64,000 bases of DNA, from positions 32,001 through 96,000 of IMG/VR virus record IMGVR_UViG_3300002307_000021; one strand, written 5' to 3'. A program made the position numbers and the translations under genes. How positions within the stretch are numbered: position 1 is the first letter of the stretch; the number at the start of each line of letters is the position of its first letter. This DNA comes from a virus. The notes below the pieces were generated by a model that had not been told where the DNA came from, made no database searches, and saw only the letters and a list, made by a program, of their open reading frames with translations. This document shows, piece by piece, positions 56,436 to 64,000 of the stretch.

Positions 56436-59400
56436 TTACGCTGGGTTAGTGTACTGTCTGTCAATTTGTTGATTAACCGTCACAGCCGACCCTGCATAGA
56501 GTAAGGTACTACTTGGGTATAGTTCTTGGTATCCTAATGCCAATACTGCAATGTTAACAGGTGTATCAAAAGTTAAGTATGTACCTGCTGTTACTGTAGC
56601 AGATTGGCTTAGGGTATATGTACCTGCTCCGCCTACACCTGAGCCTAGGGCTGTGATTGTGGTACCTGTAGTAATACCTGTACCATTTACTGTCATACCT
56701 ATTAAAATATTTCCAGAAATTACTGAAGATAGTGTTAATGTAGTGCTACTTGCACTACCAAACGCTGTGGTATAGATGAAACTGTAGGTTGCTACAAATT
56801 TACCTGAGTTTACAGTGTCGTTAGATATGGTAAGATTACCAACAGTTGTTCCTACTAATCCACTACCTACAGAAGTCACACCTGCAATAGCTACTAATGG
56901 ACTAGCAAATACGTTAGCATTATATATGCTAACATTAGATCCTGTGACTAATCCGCTGATTGCTAGTGTACGTATTGGTGGTAGAGAAACTTGATTGCTA
57001 TTTGTTGCCGCTGCAGATGTTGCAACACCAGTAGATACTAATTGATTAAATAGCAACGGAGTATTGGCAGGTGCGTCCCAATAGATGTCAAAGTTATTAC
57101 TGTTAAACGACACTGATGTTGATGTTAATGATACAAGAGTACCAGCAGTGCTAGCACCAGTGTACTGAATATGTAGTGCACCACTACCTGAAGTATTAAA
57201 GTTAAATTGGCTATTTGATATAGCTGTTAAGTTTGCCTGTAGAGCAGCCTGGGTAGCACCTTGAATTAAACAAGCACCACTACCTGATGTTGCAGCAGTA
57301 TTAGCATAGATACAGTTTGTTACATTGGCACCTACTATAGGTACTTCTACACAGCGAGTAAACGTAATACCGCTGAGTGCAATATTTGGTTGTAGAACGA
57401 TATTACCTGCACCTTGAATAAAGGTACTGGCAAAGTTATATGTGGCTAGTGCGCTACCTGCTGAGTTAGGAGCAAATCTCCAGAAAAATTTACTTTGACT
57501 TGATACCACAGCATTGGTGTGAATAATTGTGTCACCTACACCAGCATTGTACGTGATACCTACAACATTATCCACTGAATTATAGTATACCTGTTTACTG
57601 CTTAGGCTGTACTGTTGAGGGAATTCAATAACAGTAGAGTCCATGTTTAGGTATATTGGATTGGTGCCGCCATCACCAAACTGTACCGGCTGTAGAATCA
57701 ATGCCTGCGATACACCTTGTTCTAGTACACTTAGTCGTTCTTTACCTGTGGCCATAGTTTTAAGTAGACCAGCAACACTCACAGGGTTAGCTGCATTACC
57801 ACCAGACATAATAGTAGTATCTAACATCCACATACTGCCAAACTGCCATATAGGAGCCAACACACTACCAGACACAAAGAAGCCAAAGTTATTAATACTT
57901 GATGATTGTAGTGACCCAATATTACCAATGTTGCCTGCTACAGCATTGTTATTAATTACCAACGGTACAAACGTACTTGGGTTCCATAATGTGCCGGCAC
58001 CATGTACATGCCAAACTTTAAAGTTTACGTTGGCTGTTCCTGATGCCATGCCAATAGCCATACCTTTAACACCACTACGTCCAATACCGTCTGTGGTCTG
58101 TAGTGATTTAGGTGTATTTGGTCTTGTGTGTATTAAAATATTCTTGTTTGTAGCATCTGGCATATTTGCTGAATTGGGTGCAAAATTAGAACCAGCCCAC
58201 TGGCCTGAGGATGTTAATCCTGTTAACGTTGCTAATGAGTGATATGAGTTAACTCCAACGTCAGTAGTAGTTGATACAGTACCGTTTAATAATATCTTAC
58301 CGTTTAATGCCCCTGGAGCAAGTGCAGGTCCTGCATTACCAAAATAAGTCACTCCGGTGCTGGCAAATGTACCGTTTAGATTATAGGGGTTTGTACCGTT
58401 TAACGGATCAATCCAAAAACTATTATCACCTGCACAGTAGGGAGGAATAACAGTTGCACCACCTGCTGGAGGGTTAATTGATATGGTACTTACTAGTGTA
58501 TTAGCAATGTTTGGACTACCTTGTCTATTCCAATAGACCACTGGTGAAGTCACCCCTGCGGTACGTTGCATACTCCAACCCCAACCTTGACTTTGTGCAA
58601 ATCCGTCTGATCCGTCTTCGTATACTACAGGACCTTCTAATACCATTGCGGCTGTACCGTTAGTAACTGCGGTACTGTCTACATTTAAGTACATTAATAA
58701 ACTATTGGCATTAGCAGTGAATATCTGTGGCATTGGACCACGGCCGGCACCTGTACTTTTATTGCTAGAAACTCCGGTTGCAGCTCCTTGCGGATTGCTA
58801 ACAATATAGTTGCCTACGTGCCCTGGTGTGTAAAAATTAATTGTACCACTTGGACTACCAGTTAAAGGCAGTGAAAAGAATACTGTGGTATTACCTGTAT
58901 AGTAACTAGTAACGTAACTACCAGCAGCGATACCTGTGGTATTACCTATTAGGTTACCTGGAGCAATTGTGCCAACAAAAGGACTTGTAAGTACCATGCT
59001 ATATGAACCAGTAGTACCACTACTGTATGCAGCAGTTGCTTGTGGTGTTGTAGTTCCGTTGATTTGGGCGATTACAATATTACCAAATGTTAATGATCCA
59101 CCACCAACTACGGTGTTGGCCAATTGATGCCCTGGAATAATATTACCTGAAGTCATACTACTAACACGCATAACACTATTTGCGCCAGGCCCAACTCCAC
59201 CAATGTTAGCTTGGAAGAATGCACTGACGTTAGCAGTAACAAATCCTGTACCTGTTAGAGCATTGATTATATTACCACCTGTGGTAACTGCGGTTATTGC
59301 ATTTCCACCAAACGGGGTAAACGGATTAACATCACGAATAGTGATTGTATGTACCTGTGCAGTTGAGTTACCAATACCGTTAGTAGCACCCCAGTTGTAG

Positions 59401-60089
59401 ACGGTGTCAACTTCGTTACCTGATGATATTTTATACAACACAGCAGCATTAATGTTGCCATTCAATGTTGAATATAATGTAGCATAGCTAACATTAGCGG
59501 CCACGTTACCGTTAGTAGTTTGGCTAGTATTTACTGTGTAGATACCTACACCACCACTAGGATAAAAATTATAGGTACCACTACCTGTGGTTGAAAAGTT
59601 TTGTGTTAGAGTAACAGTTAATCCAGATACGTTGGCTACGTAGGTACTATTTAACAGTCCTGTGCCTATGACTAATTGGTTGATTACAATACCAGTAGCA
59701 GAACTAACGTTAAATGTATTTGTACCAGCGGCACCACCACCGGTCAGTGAGGTAGTTGCCTGCGCGGCCGCATCTGAAGTTACCTGAGATACTACCATAG
59801 TACCGTTGGCCAACCCACCAACACCACTACTTGTGTTAAGAATCGTTCCAGGAGTTACTACGTTACCACTCCATTGCGCACCTGCGGTAATAGACCAAAC
59901 GTGCATATTGGTACCAGTGATATTGGCTGTGATACTAGCTACATTACCCCAGTAGGCTTGGTTTACTATATTTTTAGTATTGATTGCAACTAAGATCAGA
60001 TCGCCCGCCTGTGTCTGTGGCATATAACCAGTCACTGTGGTCAGTGCTGTAGTAGTATAGTTCATGGTCGAATCGCGGATTGCTGGCAT
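56436..60089 (-). CDS. large tail fibre/appendage protein
   Basis: 1217 aa G/T/N/S-rich; repeated G..GG.G.Y.(V/L) modules; late promoter GATAAATA 60113-60120. Confidence 0.72.
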   Translation of the reverse strand: MPAIRDSTMNYTTTALTTVTGYMPQTQAGDLILVAINTKNIVNQAYWGNVASITANITGTNMHVWSITAGAQWSGNVVTPGTILNTSSGVGGLANGTMVVSQVTSDAAAQATTSLTGGGAAGTNTFNVSSATGIVINQLVIGTGLLNSTYVANVSGLTVTLTQNFSTTGSGTYNFYPSGGVGIYTVNTSQTTNGNVAANVSYATLYSTLNGNINAAVLYKISSGNEVDTVYNWGATNGIGNSTAQVHTITIRDVNPFTPFGGNAITAVTTGGNIINALTGTGFVTANVSAFFQANIGGVGPGANSVMRVSSMTSGNIIPGHQLANTVVGGGSLTFGNIVIAQINGTTTPQATAAYSSGTTGSYSMVLTSPFVGTIAPGNLIGNTTGIAAGSYVTSYYTGNTTVFFSLPLTGSPSGTINFYTPGHVGNYIVSNPQGAATGVSSNKSTGAGRGPMPQIFTANANSLLMYLNVDSTAVTNGTAAMVLEGPVVYEDGSDGFAQSQGWGWSMQRTAGVTSPVVYWNRQGSPNIANTLVSTISINPPAGGATVIPPYCAGDNSFWIDPLNGTNPYNLNGTFASTGVTYFGNAGPALAPGALNGKILLNGTVSTTTDVGVNSYHSLATLTGLTSSGQWAGSNFAPNSANMPDATNKNILIHTRPNTPKSLQTTDGIGRSGVKGMAIGMASGTANVNFKVWHVHGAGTLWNPSTFVPLVINNNAVAGNIGNIGSLQSSSINNFGFFVSGSVLAPIWQFGSMWMLDTTIMSGGNAANPVSVAGLLKTMATGKERLSVLEQGVSQALILQPVQFGDGGTNPIYLNMDSTVIEFPQQYSLSSKQVYYNSVDNVVGITYNAGVGDTIIHTNAVVSSQSKFFWRFAPNSAGSALATYNFASTFIQGAGNIVLQPNIALSGITFTRCVEVPIVGANVTNCIYANTAATSGSGACLIQGATQAALQANLTAISNSQFNFNTSGSGALHIQYTGASTAGTLVSLTSTSVSFNSNNFDIYWDAPANTPLLFNQLVSTGVATSAAATNSNQVSLPPIRTLAISGLVTGSNVSIYNANVFASPLVAIAGVTSVGSGLVGTTVGNLTISNDTVNSGKFVATYSFIYTTAFGSASSTTLTLSSVISGNILIGMTVNGTGITTGTTITALGSGVGGAGTYTLSQSATVTAGTYLTFDTPVNIAVLALGYQELYPSSTLLYAGSAVTVNQQIDRQYTNPA

Positions 60090-60138
60090 TACGAATTCCT
60101 ATCTATGTATTATATTTATCTACATTTAGTTAGGCTAG

Positions 60139-60633
60139 TTAGTAAGTATTATAGGTAGCGCCAGTTAGAGTGTTTCCAGAGAAAACAAGATTTTTTGTGA
60201 ATATGTGTGATATTGCTGGGCCAAATATAGCCACAGATGATATTTGATTATTACCGTAACTATATTGTTTAGTAATAATGCCACTAGGAGTTGTGTAGAC
60301 TACGTTGCTGATAAATGAACCTGTATAGTTCATCACATAAGGATATGAATTTAGATTACGTGTTACTACGTCAAAGTTACTGGCACCAATGTTACCAGTA
60401 ATGAACCCGCCAACGTTTAAGTTGCCAACTACACCAGTGCCTCCAAATACTACTAAGGCACCACTTTGTGGATTAACTGATACTGCTTGACTGTTTAGAC
60501 TTAGGGTGTTGCCCTGTAGATTAGTAATACCAGAACCAACACGAATCCACGCTGTTTTGGTACTATTCCACTGATAGAGTATACCGTTTACTGTGGCCTG
60601 TTGACCATTGGTGGGCGTGGTAGGAAAAGCCAT
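60139..60633 (-). CDS. tail-fibre-associated protein
   Basis: MAFPTTPTNGQ..Y.W...W N-terminus; SGALVVFGG unit; late promoter 60657-60664. Confidence 0.7.
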   Translation of the reverse strand: MAFPTTPTNGQQATVNGILYQWNSTKTAWIRVGSGITNLQGNTLSLNSQAVSVNPQSGALVVFGGTGVVGNLNVGGFITGNIGASNFDVVTRNLNSYPYVMNYTGSFISNVVYTTPSGIITKQYSYGNNQISSVAIFGPAISHIFTKNLVFSGNTLTGATYNTY

Positions 60634-60662
60634 TAATTAAATCCTTGTTAGTATAGTATTTA

Positions 60663-62870
60663 TTAAGCCCACGAACCAATAACCACGTTACCAGTAGCAG
60701 AACCTGCACCACCAAATCCCACGGCTGCTAATTTCATATAGCTACCACCTTGTACATAGGATACGCCACCAGGAGCAACGGTATAATTAACACGAGGACT
60801 AATCCAACCAGCAGTGCTAGTTACAATGGTACCTTTAACTGTGGTCCAGCTATGCTGTGCTGCTGTACTTGGTTGTGAGATAGTTATTGACGTATTACCT
60901 GCAATATTAGCCCACCCAGTATTAACAGCGTTAACAGTGTTAGTAGTTACACTGCCGCCACCGGTTACCGGACTAGGGGTATTTGCTGACCAAAATTGAT
61001 AGTTAATCCAGCTAAATCCAGCAAGACCGGTTAATGCACCAGTCGCTGTGCCTGCACCAAGATTAAATTGTAGTACACTTAAGGTACCACCAAGTGTAGA
61101 ATTTTTGTAGATATCAAACATACATTCAAATTCGTATGTAGTTGATGCGGCTACAAATACATTAGTATTAAAGATACGCATATCGCCAATACCGTTAGCT
61201 AACTGTAAGTTAGCATTTAGTGAATAATATTGATATGCTGGGCGAACACCAACTTGTGCAATACCAGGGGTACCAGTACCGCCTGTGGGGTTACCAAAAT
61301 TATATCCACCACTAAGAATATTACCAGCTACGCTAAGGTTACCAGATGCCACATTTAAGAAACCAGATGCTGTATCTGCGGTACCTCTGGACAAAATTAT
61401 GTTACCTTTGATAATATGATTATTTTGCGGACCAATAGAAAAATCATTACCTAAGGCCAAGTTGCCGTAAACGTTTAAGTTACCTTGGATGCCAGTACCG
61501 CCTGTCACTACTAACGCACCCGAACTTATGTCAATTGAGCTTAACGCCGACTTGACATTAGTTCTGAATTGAGTCGCATCACCGGTTATAATGTTACCAG
61601 TTACGTTAATGGTACCAGCATTGATCCAACTACCTGTTGTGGTTAAGTTACCTTGGATACCCATACCACCCACTACCTGTAGAGCACCTGATGTTGTTGA
61701 AGTACTTGGAGCAGTATTGGTGATCTGTACGTTACCACCTGGGTAAACAAATAAGTTGCCCTGTACCTGTAAGTTACCACCAATGCCCACACCACCCACT
61801 ACCTGTAGAGCACCTGATGTTGTTGAAGTACTTGCTGTGGTGTTTGCTACAATTAACTGCCCTGGTGTTGTAATTTGATTAATATCTGTTCTAAAACGTA
61901 GTCCAGTACCACCCGAGACAGTACTCCATCCAGCTAAGGTCAAATTACCTGTATTTTGTGCATTTTGGTAAAATGCAATAAGAGCATCATTTACTTGAGT
62001 TGTGCCATTAGTTGCTCCTTGGGTGGCATTTGCTGTCATCCAAAGTTGTGAGTTTGTTGTTGCGCCAAAACTGTTTATAGCCAGAGTTTGAGCTGTTGAT
62101 GCTGAGGCTGCTCCATAAAATGATATGTTACCAGTAAAATTATGTGCGATTCCGGGAATGGCTAAACTACCAACGTTTAAGTTACCCTGTACACCAATAC
62201 CACCAGCTACAGTCAGAGCACCTGATGTTGTTGAAGTACTTGGGGTTGAATGCCCTACAGTTAAGTTTGAGTAGGTTGTTGGAGTAGTTGTGCCAACTAA
62301 AAGATTACCACCAGCATCAATACGCACACGTTCCGCACTGTTATTAAATACAATATTACCAGTTGTGGACGTGGTATATATGCTTAATCCGCTTGGATAT
62401 GTGGCATTAGTAGACGAATAAAGTGTTACTCCACCATATGTTCCAACATCGTTATATACCAAAAATCTAGCAGTGGCACTTGTACTAGTACTTAAATTTT
62501 GGGCTCGAGCCCCAACAACCCCAGCAATGTTTCCCGACACATCTAACTGAAATGCTGGGCTACTTGTACCAATACCCACAGAACCATTATACTGTGCTAG
62601 TTTAATTACACCCGTGTCTAGTACTTCAATACTAGGCATACCAGATATGTCGTTAACTGAAAAAATACTACCGCTTAGACTATTAGTAACAGAGAATAAC
62701 TGCCCAGCACTGCCTTCAAATGATAATGTTCCACTGTTTGTTGGGTATGCTCTGAGTGTAATGTTAGATGCTGTAACTGCTGAGTTAGCCGCAGAGAAAA
62801 CAATTTTTGGATCATCTGTGCTAGATCCAATATTTGGTGTTATAACTATATTTTTATCTGTGGTTGCCAT
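60663..62870 (-). CDS. tail fibre protein with STTSGAL-x-V-x-GG repeats
   Basis: LSFEGSAGQLFS N-terminal domain; VGIGTSSP; repeated SGAL..GG.GI.GNL; perfect TATAAATA 62893-62900. Confidence 0.8.
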   Translation of the reverse strand: MATTDKNIVITPNIGSSTDDPKIVFSAANSAVTASNITLRAYPTNSGTLSFEGSAGQLFSVTNSLSGSIFSVNDISGMPSIEVLDTGVIKLAQYNGSVGIGTSSPAFQLDVSGNIAGVVGARAQNLSTSTSATARFLVYNDVGTYGGVTLYSSTNATYPSGLSIYTTSTTGNIVFNNSAERVRIDAGGNLLVGTTTPTTYSNLTVGHSTPSTSTTSGALTVAGGIGVQGNLNVGSLAIPGIAHNFTGNISFYGAASASTAQTLAINSFGATTNSQLWMTANATQGATNGTTQVNDALIAFYQNAQNTGNLTLAGWSTVSGGTGLRFRTDINQITTPGQLIVANTTASTSTTSGALQVVGGVGIGGNLQVQGNLFVYPGGNVQITNTAPSTSTTSGALQVVGGMGIQGNLTTTGSWINAGTINVTGNIITGDATQFRTNVKSALSSIDISSGALVVTGGTGIQGNLNVYGNLALGNDFSIGPQNNHIIKGNIILSRGTADTASGFLNVASGNLSVAGNILSGGYNFGNPTGGTGTPGIAQVGVRPAYQYYSLNANLQLANGIGDMRIFNTNVFVAASTTYEFECMFDIYKNSTLGGTLSVLQFNLGAGTATGALTGLAGFSWINYQFWSANTPSPVTGGGSVTTNTVNAVNTGWANIAGNTSITISQPSTAAQHSWTTVKGTIVTSTAGWISPRVNYTVAPGGVSYVQGGSYMKLAAVGFGGAGSATGNVVIGSWA
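61665..62242. repeat. exact direct repeats inside tail fibre gene
   Basis: 44-bp identical copies at 61665-61708 and 61791-61834; 28-bp core again at 62215-62242. Confidence 0.9.
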
Positions 62871-62895
62871 TGTTTATCCAAATCCCTATATGTAT

Positions 62896-64000
62896 TTATA
62901 AGCCAAAACGTCCGCGCAGGGCGTTGAAGTTTTGTAGTACTTCTTCTGCAGACAGTGCTCTATTGTAGATCTTAACCACATCTAATTTTCCCGAGTAGTA
63001 TTCTGCCAAGTCCCAGCGTCGTCCAAGTACTATCCCTGTAGTACCAGTTGTTGGATTTCCAGAGTAGGTAGTAGTACTGCCGCCACTTACACCGTTTAGA
63101 TATATTGTTTGATTTGTACCATCGTAGGTGTATACTACATGTTGCCAAACGTTGTTTGTCTGTATAGCTGTTGGACTGTAATACCAAGTATTTGTTTGAA
63201 ATATGCCTCCTTGCCATTGACCGTTTGCATATATACAAAAATTAATAGTACCAGTTGTGCCGGGGTATATGTCAGCTACTGCGGCGGCAGTGCCAGTATA
63301 ACCTGTAGGGTATGCCCAAATCTCAACAGTGAATCTTGTTAGTGCGGTTGGGTGCGACAATGTAGCATAATTAGCAGAAGCGGCGGTAAAACTATAAGAA
63401 CCATCGCTGTTGTAGGTTAAGCTGTTTGCTGTAACTGTTTTGTTATTGGTTAGGTCAAGTAGTGCCTGCGCTGTACTACGAGTGCCGTTAACGTATGGAG
63501 TTGCGTATGCTTTAGCTTCCATTTGCGGATGCCACATGTATAATGATCCGGTACCTATGCCATACGCACCAATATAAAATGTTCCAGAGTGGGTCGTTAA
63601 CGTGTATGCTCGGGTTGTACGACAACGATACCAACCATAACCAACAGGTGTTATTGATGCCGTTGTACCAGCTGGGGTTGAGGTTATTGTGCCCGTAGTT
63701 AAATCAAAATATGTTACGTATGTTACAGCCCCACCCGATCCGTTATTATCGTAATCTTCAAATATCAATACATTAGTAGTACCTGTCTTGGCATAAAGAG
63801 TTTTTGTGTATGTAGTGCCGCTGACAACGCCCACTGCAGCATTGTTTATGTATGAGTTAGTTGAGCCGCTGGCAAATACGTTAGCTGCAGTATAGGTACC
63901 ATCCGGAGCCTGCGCAGCGTTTTCTGTTATGGTCATAGCCGCAGTTTTTGACCAACCAGTATTCATGTTGTTTGGTGCAACATATAAATTAACTGTTGGT
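62896..64000 (-). CDS. C-terminal part of a virion protein with carbohydrate-binding-like and LamG/concanavalin A-like domains
   Basis: APDGT, GWYRC, TPY; WQHVVYTYDG..IYLNG, KIYNRALSAEEV.QNF; frame stays open to the window edge. Confidence 0.85.
   Translation of the reverse strand, partial: PTVNLYVAPNNMNTGWSKTAAMTITENAAQAPDGTYTAANVFASGSTNSYINNAAVGVVSGTTYTKTLYAKTGTTNVLIFEDYDNNGSGGAVTYVTYFDLTTGTITSTPAGTTASITPVGYGWYRCRTTRAYTLTTHSGTFYIGAYGIGTGSLYMWHPQMEAKAYATPYVNGTRSTAQALLDLTNNKTVTANSLTYNSDGSYSFTAASANYATLSHPTALTRFTVEIWAYPTGYTGTAAAVADIYPGTTGTINFCIYANGQWQGGIFQTNTWYYSPTAIQTNNVWQHVVYTYDGTNQTIYLNGVSGGSTTTYSGNPTTGTTGIVLGRRWDLAEYYSGKLDVVKIYNRALSAEEVLQNFNALRGRFGL

Noticed and set aside
60663-64000. Diversity-generating retroelement template/variable repeat pair
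   Set aside because: Repeats are exact rather than adenine-mismatched, and no reverse transcriptase is in the window.

Overview
64 kb segment of an AT-rich, T4-related jumbo myophage genome; the spanin pair implies a Gram-negative host. Almost all genes are on the - strand and read in the standard code. Order: (1) replication genes (partial TGT/DpdA-like gene at the left edge, sliding clamp, family-B DNA polymerase, GIY-YIG endonuclease); (2) a ~16 kb block of proteins with T4-like capsid-targeting N-termini (amidoligase, RNase-like protein, three Pol-beta nucleotidyltransferases, HAD phosphatase, cytidyltransferase-like protein), interrupted by an HNH endonuclease; (3) glycosyltransferase, ClpA, DnaJ, methyltransferase; (4) lysis cassette; (5) PhoH, clamp loader, GroES, DnaE fragment, MazG; (6) baseplate genes; (7) glycan enzymes, SOD, IF-1, small early genes, DNA ligase; (8) large tail/appendage proteins. 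Near-perfect sigma70 promoters and T4-type late promoters (NATAAATA) are frequent. Main observations: an ~80-nt non-coding element at 10.66-10.74 kb that joins look-alikes of 16S h18, 16S h44 and 23S H69-H71 (candidate decoding-centre mimic RNA); a holin ending in a G_GGA_AAA slippery site plus H-type pseudoknot that opens a 93-codon -1 frame extension; a cassette of apparently capsid-packaged nucleotide-handling enzymes; and a second structured RNA candidate between SOD and IF-1. All calls come from reading motifs by eye and rRNA comparisons are from memory; no searches were run.
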